Below are positions 43,650 to 56,249 of a DNA stretch of 64,000 nucleotides, in pieces. How positions within the stretch are numbered: the first letter of the stretch is position 1; each line of letters begins with the position of its first letter. Below the pieces are notes generated by a model. That model made no database searches, was not told the origin of the DNA, and saw nothing but the letters and a program-made list of their open reading frames with translations. Made by a program: the position numbers and the translations under genes. This DNA is from Eledone cirrhosa (Eukaryota): positions 26,102,001 to 26,166,000 of the forward strand of contig OZ024763.1 of NCBI GenBank assembly GCA_964016885.1, written 5' to 3'.

Positions 43650-46600
43650 GTATCCTTGAACAAGACACTTTATTACACGTTGCTCCATCCACTGTATCCT
43701 TGAGCAAGACACTTTATTTCACGTTGTTCCAGTCCACTGTATCCTTGAACAAGACACTTTATTACACGTTGCTCCATCCACTGTATCCTTGAGCAAGACA
43801 CTTTATTACACGTTGTTCCAGTCCACTGTATCCTTGAACAAGACACTTTATTTCACGTTGTTCCAGTCCACTGTATCCTTGAACAAGACACTTTATTACA
43901 CGTTGCTCCATCCACTGTATCCTTGAGCAAGACACTTTATTTCACGTTGCTCCATCCACTGTATACTTGAACAAGACACTTTATTACACGTTGCTCCATC
44001 CACTGTATCCTTGAGCAAGACACTTTATTTCACGTTGTTCCAGTCCACTGTATCCTTGAACAAGACACTTTATTACACGTTGCTCCAGTCCACTGTATCC
44101 TTGAGCAAGACACTTTATTTCACGTTGCTCCATCCACAGTATCCTTGAACAAGACACTTTATTACACGTTGCTCCATCCACTGTATCCTTGAACAAGACA
44201 CTTTATTACACGTTGCTCCATCCACTGTATCCTTGAGCAAGACACTTTATTTCACGTTGTTCCAGTCCACTGTATCCTTGAGCAAGACACTTTATTTCAC
44301 GTTGCTCCATCCACTGTATCCTTGAACAAGACACTTTATTACACGTTGCTCCATCCACTGTATCCTTGAGCAAGACACTTTATTACACGTTGCTCCATCC
44401 ACTGTATCCTTGAGCAAGACACTTTATTTCACGTTGTTCCAGTCCACTGTATCCTTGAACAAGACACTTTATTACACGTTGCTCCATCCACTGTATCCTT
44501 GAGCAAGACACTTTATTTCACGTTGTTCCAGTCCACTGTATCCTTGAGCAAGACACTTTATTTCACGTTGCTCCATCCACTGTATCCTTGAACAAGACAC
44601 TTTATTACACGTTGCTCCATCCACTGTATCCTTGAGCAAGACTCTTTATTTCACGTTGTTCCAGTCCAGTGTATCCTTGAACAAGACACTTTATTACACG
44701 TTGCTCCAGTCCACTGTATCCTTGAACAAGACACTTTATTACACGTTGCTCCATCCACTGTATCCTTGAGCAAGACACTTTATTTCACGTTGCTCCATCC
44801 ACTGTATCCTTGAACAAGACACTTTATTACACGTTGCTCCATCCACTGTATCCTTGAGCAAGACACTTTATTTCACGTTGTTCCAGTCCAGTGTATCCTT
44901 GAACAAGACACTTTATTACACGTTGCTCCAGTCCACTGTATCCTTGAGCAAGACACTTTATTACACGTTGCTCCATCCACTGTATCCTTGAGCAAGACAC
45001 TTTATTTCACGTTGCTCCATCCACTGTATCCTTGAACAAGACACTTTATTACACGTTGCTCCATCCACTGTATCCTTGAGCAAGACATTTTATTTCACGT
45101 TGTTCCAGTCCAGTGTATCCTTGAACAAGACACTTTATTACACGTTGCTCCAGTCCACTGTATCCTTGAGCAAGACACTTTATTTCACGTTGCTCCATCC
45201 ACTGTATCCTTGAACAAGACACTTTATTACACGTTGCTCCATCCACTGTATCCTTGAGCAAGACACTTTATTTCACGTTGCTCCATCCACTGTATCCTTG
45301 AACAAGACACTTTATTACACGTTGCTCCATCCACTGTATCCTTGAGCAAGACACTTTATTTCACGTTGTTCCAGTCCAGTGTATCCTTGAACAAGACACT
45401 TTATTACACGTTGCTCCAGTCCACTGTATCCTTGAACAAGACACTTTATTACACGTTGCTCCATCCACTGTATCCTTGAGCAAGACACTTTATTTCACGT
45501 TGCTCCATCCACTGTATCCTTGAACAAGACACTTTATTACACGTTGCTCCATCCACTGTATCCTTGAGCAAGACACTTTATTTCACGTTGTTCCAGTCCA
45601 CTGTATCCTTGAGCAAGACACTTTATTTCACGTTGCTCCATCCACTGTATCCTTGAACAAGACACTTTATTACACGTTGCTCCATCCACTGTATCCTTGA
45701 GCAAGACACTTTATTTCACGTTGTTCCAGTCCACTGTATCCTTGAGCAAGACACTTTATTTCACGTTGCTCCATCCACTGTATCCTTGAACAAGACACTT
45801 TATTACACGTTGCTCCATCCACTGTATCCTTGAGCAAGACACTTTATTACACGTTGCTCCATCCACTGTATCCTTGAACAAGACACTTTATTACACGTTG
45901 CTCCATCCACTGTATCCTTGAGCAAGACACTTCATTTCACGTTGTTCCAGTCCACTGTATCCTTGAACAAGACACTTTATTACACGTTGCTCCATCCACT
46001 GTATCCTTGAGCAAGACACTTTATTTCACGTTGTTCCAGTCCACTGTATCCTTGAACAAGACACTTTATTACACGTTGCTCCATCCACTGTATCCTTGAG
46101 CAAGACACTTTATTTCACGTTGTTCCAGTCCACTGTATCCTTGAACAAGACACTTTATTACACGTTGCTCCATCCACTGTATCCTTGAGCAAGACACTTT
46201 ATTTCACGTTGTTCCATCCACTGTATCCTTGAGCAAGACACTTTATTTCACGTTGTTCCAGTCCACTGTATCCTTGAACAAGACACTTTATTTCACGGTG
46301 TTCCAGTCCACTGTATCCTTGAACAAGACACTTTATTACACGTTGCTCCATCCACTGTATCCTTGAGCAAGACACTTTATTTCACGTTGTTCCAGTCCAC
46401 TGTATCCTTGAACAAGACACTTTATTACACGTTGCTCCATCCACTGTATCCTTGAGCAAGACACTTTATTTCACGTTGTTCCAGTCCACTGTATCCTTGA
46501 ACAAGACACTTTATTACACGTTGCTCCATCCACTGTATCCTTGAGCAAGACACTTTATTTCACGTTGTTCCAGTCCACTGTATCCTTGAACAAGACACTT

Positions 46601-49600
46601 TATTACACGTTGCTCCATCCACTGTATCCTTGAGCAAGACACTTTATTTCACGTTGTTCCAGTCCACTGTATCCTTGAGCAAGACACTTTATTTCACGTT
46701 GTTCCAGTCCACTGTATCCTTGAACAAGACACTTTATTTCACGTTGCTCCATCCACTGTATCCTTGAACAAGACACTTTATTTCACGTTGCTCCATCCAC
46801 TGTATCCTTGAACAAGACACTTTATTTCACGTTGCTCCATCCACTGTATCCTTGAACAAGACACTTTATTTCACGTTGTTCCAGTCCAGTGTATCCTTGA
46901 ACAAGACACTTTATTACACGTTGCTCCATCCACTGTATCCTTGAGCAAGGCACTTTATTTCACGTTGTTCCAGTCCACTGTATCCTTGAACAAGACACTT
47001 TATTACACGTTGCTCCATCCACTGTATCCTTGAACAAGACACTTTATTTCACGTTGTTCCAGTCCACTGTATCCTTGAACAAGACACTTTATTTCACGTT
47101 GCTCCATCCACTGTATCCTTGAACAAGACACTTTATTTCACGTTGCTCCATCCACTGTATCCTTGAACAAGACACTTTATTACACGTTGCTCCATCCACT
47201 GTATCCTTGAACAAGACACTTTATTACACGTTGCTCCATCCACTGTATCGTTGAGCAAGACACTTTATTTCACGTTGTTCCAGTCCACTGTATCCTTGAA
47301 CAAGACACTTTATTACACGTTGCTCCAGCCACTGTATCCTTGAGCAAGACACTTTATTTCACGTTGTTCCAGTCCACTGTATCCTTGAACAAGACACTTT
47401 ATTACACGTTGCTCCATCCACTGTATCCTTGAGCAAGACACTTTATTACACGTTGCTCCATCCACTGTATCCTTGAGCAAGACACTTTATTTCACGTTGT
47501 TCCAGTCCACTGTATCCTTGAACAAGACACTTTATTACACGTTGCTCCATCCACTGTATCCTTGAACAAGACACTTTATTTCACGTTGTTCCAGTCCACT
47601 GTATCCTTGAACAAGACACTTTATTACACGTTGCTCCATCCACTGTATCCTTGAGCAAGACACTTTATTTCACGTTGTTCCAGTCCACTGTATCCTTGAA
47701 CAAGACACTTTATTACACGTTGCTCCATCCACTGTATCCTTGAACAAGACACTTTATTTCACGTTGTTCCAGTCCACTGTATCCTTGAGCAAGACACTTT
47801 ATTTCACGTTGTTCCAGTCCACTGTATCCTTGAACAAGACACTTTATTACACGTTGCTCCATCCACTGTATCCTTGAGCAAGACACTTTATTTCACGTTG
47901 TTCCAGTCCACTGTATCCTTGAACAAGACACTTTATTACACGTTGCTCCATCCACTGTATCCTTGAGCAAGACACTTTATTACACGTTGTTCCAGTCCAC
48001 TGTATCCTTGAACAAGACACTTTATTTCACGTTGTTCCAGTCCACTGTATCCTTGAACAAGACACTTTATTACACGTTGCTCCATCCACTGTATCCTTGA
48101 GCAAGACACTTTATTTCACGTTGCTCCATCCACTGTATACTTGAACAAGACACTTTATTACACGTTGCTCCATCCACTGTATCCTTGAGCAAGACACTTT
48201 ATTTCACGTTGTTCCAGTCCACTGTATCCTTGAACAAGACACTTTATTACACGTTGCTCCAGTCCACTGTATCCTTGAGCAAGACACTTTATTTCACGTT
48301 GCTCCATCCACAGTATCCTTGAACAAGACACTTTATTACACGTTGCTCCATCCACTGTATCCTTGAACAAGACACTTTATTACACGTTGCTCCATCCACT
48401 GTATCCTTGAGCAAGACACTTTATTTCACGTTGTTCCAGTCCACTGTATCCTTGAGCAAGACACTTTATTTCACGTTGCTCCATCCACTGTATCCTTGAA
48501 CAAGACACTTTATTACACGTTGCTCCATCCACTGTATCCTTGAGCAAGACACTTTATTACACGTTGCTACATCCACTGTATCCTTGAGCAAGACACTTTA
48601 TTTCACGTTGTTCCAGTCCACTGTATCCTTGAACAAGACACTTTATTACACGTTGCTCCATCCACTGTATCCTTGAGCAAGACACTTTATTTCACGTTGT
48701 TCCAGTCCACTGTATCCTTGAGCAAGACACTTTATTTCACGTTGCTCCATCCACTGCATCCTTGAACAAGACACTTTATTACACGTTGCTCCATCCACTG
48801 TATCCTTGAGCAAGACTCTTTATTTCACGTTGTTCCAGTCCAGTGTATCCTTGAACAAGACACTTTATTACACGTTGCTCCAGTCCACTGTATCCTTGAA
48901 CAAGACACTTTATTACACGTTGCTCCATCCACTGTATCCTTGAGCAAGACACTTTATTTCACGTTGCTCCATCCACTGTATCCTTGAACAAGACACTTTA
49001 TTACACGTTGCTCCATCCACTGTATCCTTGAGCAAGACACTTTATTTCACGTTGTTCCAGTCCAGTGTATCCTTGAACAAGACACTTTATTACACGTTGC
49101 TCCAGTCCACTGTATCCTTGAGCAAGACACTTTATTACACGTTGCTCCATCCACTGTATCCTTGAGCAAGACACTTTATTTCACGTTGCTCCATCCACTG
49201 TATCCTTGAACAAGACACTTTATTACACGTTGCTCCATCCACTGTATCCTTGAGCAAGACACTTTATTTCACGTTGTTCCAGTCCAGTGTATCCTTGAAC
49301 AAGACACTTTATTACACGTTGCTCCAGTCCACTGTATCCTTGAGCAAGACACTTTATTTCACGTTGCTCCATCCACTGTATCCTTGAACAAGACACTTTA
49401 TTACACGTTGCTCCATCCACTGTATCCTTGAGCAAGACACTTTATTTCACGTTGCTCCATCCACTGTATCCTTGAACAAGACACTTTATTACACGTTGCT
49501 CCATCCACTGTATCCTTGAGCAAGACACTTTATTTCACGTTGTTCCAGTCCAGTGTATCCTTGAACAAGACACTTTATTACACGTTGCTCCAGTCCACTG

Positions 49601-51990
49601 TATCCTTGAACAAGACACTTTATTACACGTTGCTCCATCCACTGTATCCTTGAGCAAGACACTTTATTTCACGTTGCTCCATCCACTGTATCCTTGAACA
49701 AGACACTTTATTACACGTTGCTCCATCCACTGTATCCTTGAGCAAGACACTTTATTTCACGTTGTTCCAGTCCACTGTATCCTTGAGCAAGACACTTTAT
49801 TTCACGTTGCTCCATCCACTGTATCCTTGAACAAGACACTTTATTACACGTTGCTCCATCCACTGTATCCTTGAGCAAGACACTTTATTTCACGTTGTTC
49901 CAGTCCACTGTATCCTTGAGCAAGACACTTTATTTCACGTTGCTCCATCCACTGTATCCTTGAACAAGACACTTTATTACACGTTGCTCCATCCACTGTA
50001 TCCTTGAGCGAGACACTTTATTACACGTTGCTCCATCCACTGTATCCTTGAACAAGACACTTTATTACACGTTGCTCCATCCACTGTATCCTTGAGCAAG
50101 ACACTTCATTTCACGTTGTTCCAGTCCACTGTATCCTTGAACAAGACACTTTATTACACGTTGCTCCATCCACTGTATCCTTGAGCAAGACACTTTATTT
50201 CACGTTGTTCCAGTCCACTGTATCCTTGAACAAGACACTTTATTACACGTTGCTCCATCCACTGTATCCTTGAGCAAGACACTTTATTTCACGTTGTTCC
50301 AGTCCACTGTATCCTTGAACAAGAGACTTTATTACACGTTGCTCCATCCACTGTATCCTTGAGCAAGACACTTTATTTCACGTTGTTCCATCCACTGTAT
50401 CCTTGAGCAAGACACTTTATTTCACGTTGTTCCAGTCCACTGTATCCTTGAACAAGACACTTTATTTCACGGTGTTCCAGTCCACTGTATCCTTGAACAA
50501 GACACTTTATTACACGTTGCTCCATCCACTGTATCCTTGAGCAAGACACTTTATTTCACGTTGTTCCAGTCCACTGTATCCTTGAACAAGACACTTTATT
50601 ACACGTTGCTCCATCCACTGTATCCTTGAGCAAGACACTTTATTTCACGTTGTTCCAGTCCACTGTATCCTTGAACAAGACACTTTATTACACGTTGCTC
50701 CATCCACTGTATCCTTGAGCAAGACACTTTATTTCACGTTGTTCCAGTCCACTGTATCCTTGAACAAGACACTTTATTACACGTTGCTCCATCCACTGTA
50801 TCCTTGAGCAAGACACTTTATTTCACGTTGTTCCAGTCCACTGTATCCTTGAGCAAGACACTTTATTTCACGTTGTTCCAGTCCACTGTATCCTTGAACA
50901 AGACACTTTATTTCACGTTGCTCCATCCACTGTATCCTTGAACAAGACACTTTATTTCACGTTGCTCCATCCACTGTATCCTTGAACAAGACACTTTATT
51001 TCACGTTGCTCCATCCACTGTATCCTTGAACAAGACACTTTATTTCACGTTGTTCCAGTCCACTGTATCCTTGAACAAGACACTTTATTACACGTTGCTC
51101 CATCCACTGTATCCTTGAGCAAGACACTTTATTTCACGTTGTTCCACTCCACTGTATCCTTGAACAAGACACTTTATTACACGTTGCTCCATCCACTGTA
51201 TCCTTGAACAAGACACTTTATTTCACGTTGTTCCAGTCCACTGTATCCTTGAACAAGACACTTTATTTCACGTTGCTCCATCCACTGTATCCTTGAACAA
51301 GACACTTTATTTCACGTTGCTCCATCCACTGTATCCTTGAACAAGACACTTTATTACACGTTGCTCCATCCACTGTATCCTTGAACAAGACACTTTATTA
51401 CACGTTGCTCCATCCACTGTATCGTTGAGCAAGACACTTTATTTCACGTTGTTCCAGTCCACTGTATCCTTGAACAAGACACTTTATTACACGTTGCTCC
51501 AGCCACTGTATCCTTGAGCAAGACACTTTATTTCACGTTGTTCCAGTCCACTGTATCCTTGAACAAGACACTTTATTACACGTTGCTCCATCCACTGTAT
51601 CCTTGAGCAAGACACTTTATTACACGTTGCTCCATCCACTGTATCCTTGAGCAAGACACTTTATTTCACGTTGTTCCAGTCCACTGTATCCTTGAACAAG
51701 ACACTTTATTACACGTTGCTCCATCCACTGTATCCTTGAACAAGACACTTTATTTCACGTTGTTCCAGTCCACTGTATCCTTGAACAAGACACTTTATTA
51801 CACGTTGCTCCATCCACTGTATCCTTGAGCAAGACACTTTATTTCACGTTGTTCCAGTCCACTGTATCCTTGAACAAGACACTTTATTACACGTTGCTCC
51901 ATCCACTGTATCCTTGAACAAGACACTTTATTTCACGTTGTTCCAGTCCACTGTATCCTTGAACAAGACACTTTATTTCACGTTGTTCCA
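43650..51990 (+). repeat. Tandem duplication of a 4174-bp block within the satellite
   Basis: GTATACTTG 43961/48135, CACGGTGTTCC 46294/50468, GTATCGTTG 47245/51419, CTCCAGCCACT 47323/51497, and ORFs 43984/48158 and 45049/49223 are all offset by 4174. Boundaries are approximate. Confidence 0.93.
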
Positions 51991-54799
51991 GTCCACTGTA
52001 TCCTTGAGCAAGACACTTTATTTCACGTTGCTTCATCCACTGTATCCTTGAACAAGACACTTTATTACACGTTGTTCCAGTCCACTGTATCCTTGAGCAA
52101 GACACTTTATTACACGTTGATCCAGTCCACTGTGTCCTTGAGCAAGACACTTTATTTCACGTTGCTCCATCCACTGTATCCTTGAGCAAGACACTTTATT
52201 TCACGTTGTTCCAGTCCACTGTATCCTTGAGCAAGACACTTTATTTCACGTTGCTTCATCCACTGTATCCTTGAGCAAGACACTTTATTTCACGTTGTTC
52301 CAGTCCACTGTATCCTTGAGCAAGACACTTTATTTCACGTTGCTTCATCCACTGTATCCTTGAGCAAGACACTTTATTTCACGTTGCTTCATCCACTGTA
52401 TCCTTGAGCAAGACACTTTATTTCACGTTGTTCCAGTCCACTGTATCCTTGAGCAAGACACTTTATTTCACGTTGCTTCATCCACTGTATCCTTGAACAA
52501 GACACTTTATTACACGTTGTTCCAGTCCACTGTATCCTTGAGCAAGACACTTTATTACACGTTGATCCAGTCCACTGTGTCCTTGAGCAAGACACTTTAT
52601 TTCACGTTGCTCCATCCACTGTATCCTTGAGCAAGACACTTTATTTCACGTTGTTCCAGTCCACTGTATCCTTGAGCAAGACACTTTATTTCACGTTGCT
52701 TCATCCACTGTATCCTTGAGCAAGACACTTTATTTCACGTTGTTCCAGTCCACTGTATCCTTGAGCAAGACACTTTATTTCACGTTGCTTCATCCACTGT
52801 ATCCTTGAGCAAGACACTTTATTTCACGTTGCTTCATCCACTGTATCCTTGAGCAAGACACTTTATTTCACGTTGTTCCAGTCCACTGTATCCTTGAGCA
52901 AGACACTTTATTTCACGTTGCTCCATCCACTGTATCCTTGAGCAAGACACTTTATTTCACGTTGTTCCAGTCCACTGTATCCTTGAGCAAGACACTTTAT
53001 TTCACGTTGCTTCATCCACTGTATCCTTGAACAAGACACTTTATTACACGTTGCTCCATCCACTGTATCCTTGAGCAAGACACTTTATTTCACGTTGTTC
53101 CAGTCCACTGTATCCTTGAACAAGACACTTTATTACACGTTGCTCCATCCACTGTATCCTTGAGCAAGACACTTTATTTCACGTTGTTCCAGTCTACTGT
53201 ATCCTTGAACAAGACACTTTATTACACGTTGCTCCATCCACTGTATCCTTGAGCAAGACACTTTATTTCACGTTGTTCCAGTCCACTGTATCCTTGAGCA
53301 AGAAACTTTATTTCACGTTGCTCCATCCACTGTATCCTTGAACAAGACACTTTATTACACGTTGCTCCATCCACTGTATCCTTGAGCAAGACACTTTATT
53401 TCACGTTGTTCCAGTCCACTGTATCCTTGAGCAAGACACTTTATTTCACGTTGCTCCATCCACTGTATCCTTGAGCAAGACACTTTATTACACGTTGCTC
53501 CATCCACTGTATCCTTGAACAAGACACTTTATTACACGTTGCTCCATCCACTGTATCCTTGAGCAAGATACTTCATTTCACGTTGTTCCAGTCCACTGTA
53601 TCCTTGAACAAGACACTTTATTACACGTTGCTCCATCCACTGTATCCTTGAGCAAGACACTTTATTTCACGATGTTCCAGTCCACTGTATCCTTGAACAA
53701 GACACTTTATTACACGTTGCTCCATCCACTGTATCCTTGAGCAAGACACTTTATTTCACGTTGTTCCAGTCCACTGTATCCTTGAACAAGACACTTTATT
53801 ACACGTTGCTCCATCCACTGTATCCTTGAGCAAGACACTTTATTTCACGTTGTTCCATCCACTGTATCCTTGAGCAAGACACTTTATTTCACGTTGTTCC
53901 AGTCCACTGTATCCTTGAACAAGACACTTTATTTCACGTTGTTCCAGTCCACTGTATCCTTGAGCAAGACACTTTATTTCACGTTGCTCCATCCACTGTA
54001 TCCTTGAGCAAGACACTTTATTTCACGTTGTTCCAGTCCACTGTATCCTTGAACAAGACACTTTATTTCACGTTGTTCCAGTCCACTGTATCCTTGAGCA
54101 AGACACTTTATTTCACGTTGCTCCATCCACTGTATCCTTGAGCAAGACACTTTATTTCACGTTGTTCCAGTCCACTGTATCCTTGAACAAGACACTTTAT
54201 TACACGTTGCTCCATCCACTGTATCCTTGAGCAAGACACTTTATTTCACGTTGCTCCAGTCCACTGTATCCTTGAACAAGACACTTTATTACACGTTGCT
54301 CCATCCACTGTATCCTTGAGCAAGACACTTTATTTCACGTTGTTCCAGTCCACTGTATCCTTGAACAAGACACTTTATTTCACGTTGTTCCAGTCCACTG
54401 TATCCTTGAACAAGACACTTTATTACACGTTGCTCCATCCACTGTATCCTTGAACAAGACACTTTATTACACGTTGCTCCATCCACTGTATCCTTGAACA
54501 AGACACTTTATTACACGTTGCTCCATCCACTGTATCCTTGAGCAAGACACTTTATTTCACGTTGTTCCAGTCCACTGTATCCTTGAACAAGACACTTTAT
54601 TTCACGTTGTTCCAGTCCACTGTATCCTTGAACAAGACACTTTATTACACGTTGCTCCATCCACTGTATCCTTGAACAAGACACTTTATTACACGTTGCT
54701 CCATCCACTGTATCCTTGAGCAAGACACTTTATTTCACGTTGTTCCAGTCCACTGTATCCTTGAACAAGACACTTTATTACACGTTGCTCCATCCACTG

Positions 54800-56249
54800 T
54801 ATCCTTGAGCAAGACACTTTATTTCACGTTGTTCCAGTCTACTGTATCCTTGAGCAAGACACTTTATTACACGTTGCTCCAGTCTACTGTATCCTTGAGC
54901 AAGACACTTTATTGTACATTGCTCCAGTCTACTGTATCCTTGAACAAGACACTTTATTACACGTTGCTCCAGTCTACTGTATCCTTGAGCAAGACACTTT
55001 ATTTTACATTGCTCCAGTCTACTGTATCCTTGAACAAGACACTTTATTTCACGTTGCTCCAGTCTACTGTATCCTTGAGCAAGACACTTTATTTTACATT
55101 GCTCCAGTCTACTGTATCCTTGAACAAGACACTTTATTTCACGTTGCTCCAGTCTACTGTATCCTTGAGCAAGACACTTTATTTTACATTGTTCCAGTCT
55201 ACTGTATCCTTGAGCAAGACACTTTATTATACATTGTTCCAGTCTACTGTATCCTTGAGCAAGGCACTTTACTTCGTTGTTCCAGTCTACTGTCATTGAG
55301 CAAGAAACTTTATTTCACGTTGATCCATCCACTGTATCCTTGAGCAAGACACTTTATTTCACGTTGCTCCATCTACTGTATCCTTGAGCAAGACACATTA
55401 TTTCACGTTGCTCCATCCACTGTATCCTTGAGCAAGACTTTATTTCACGTTGCTCCAGTCTACTGTCATTGAGCAAGACACTTTATTTCACGTTGCTCCA
55501 TCCACTGTATCCTTGAGCAAGACACTTTATTTCACGTTGTTCCAGTCCACTGTATCCTTGAGCAAGACACTTTATTACACGTTGCTCCATCCACTGTATC
55601 CTTGAGCAAGACACTTTATTTCACGTTGCTCCATCCACTGTATCCTTGAGCAAGACACTTTATTTCACATTGCTCCAGTCTACTGTCATTGAGCAAGACA
55701 CTTTATTTCACATTGCTCCAGTCTACTGTGTCCTTGAGCAAGACACTTTATTTCACGTTGTTCCAGTCTACTGTGTCCTTGAGCAAGACACTTTATTTCA
55801 CGTTGTTTCAGTCTACTGTGTCCTTGAGCAAGACACTTTATTTCACGTTGCTCTAGTCCACTGTGTCATTGAGCAAGACACTGTATTTCACGTTGTTCCA
55901 GTCTACTGTGTCATTGAGGAAGACACTTTATTTCACGTTGCTCCATCCACTGTGTCCTTGAGTAAGACACTTTATTTTACGTTGCTCCAGTCTGTGTCCT
56001 TGAGCAAGACACTTTATTTCACGTTGCTCCAGTCCACTGTATCCTTGAGCAAGACACTTTATTTCACGTTGCTCCAGTCCACTGTCCTTGAGCAAGACAC
56101 TTTATTTCACGTTGCTCCAGTCCACTGTATCCTTGAGCAAGACACTTTATTTCACGTTGCTCCAGTCCACTGTATCCTTGAGCAAGACACTTTATTTCAC
56201 GTTGCTCCAGTCCACTGAACAAGACACTTTATTTTACGTTACTCCAGTC
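54800..56249 (+). repeat. Degenerate terminal zone of the satellite
   Basis: Substitution and indel density rises sharply (GTCTACT, TACATT, GTCATTGAG, GTGTCC, short deletions) compared with the interior. Confidence 0.92.

Larger units (their letters stand above)
1..56249 (+). repeat. 44/45-bp tandem satellite array (~1,260 monomers), head-to-tail, open at the left window edge
   Basis: Directly visible. The 45-mer CTGTATCCTTGAACAAGACACTTTATTTCACGTTGCTCCAGTCCA and its 44-mer variant (CCAGTCCA to CCATCCA) repeat with no unique insertion or inversion that I could see. The last, truncated monomer is at 56217-56249. Confidence 0.99.

Noticed and set aside
1-56249. CRISPR array interpretation of the regular 44/45-bp repeats
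   Set aside because: There are no unique spacers: monomers abut directly. No cas genes or leader are present, and the flank is eukaryotic.
1-56249. Programmed frameshift or phase-variable repeat protein encoded by the +/-G polymorphism
   Set aside because: There is no promoter, start context, unique N- or C-terminal domain or splice structure. The variant distribution is explained by duplication history.
1-56249. Array of functional hairpins or transcription-factor sites (CTTG-AA/AG-CAAG dyad, CACGTT E-box-like motif)
   Set aside because: The dyad is only 3-4 bp in interior monomers and is weakened by the GTGTC-to-GTATC change. Short motifs in a satellite are not evidence of function without binding data.
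1-56249. Whole array as an assembly artefact, or as a telomeric repeat
   Set aside because: Position-specific variants, nested duplications with private mutations and a graded degenerate edge look biological, though exact copy number needs read support. No TTAGGG-type repeats are present.
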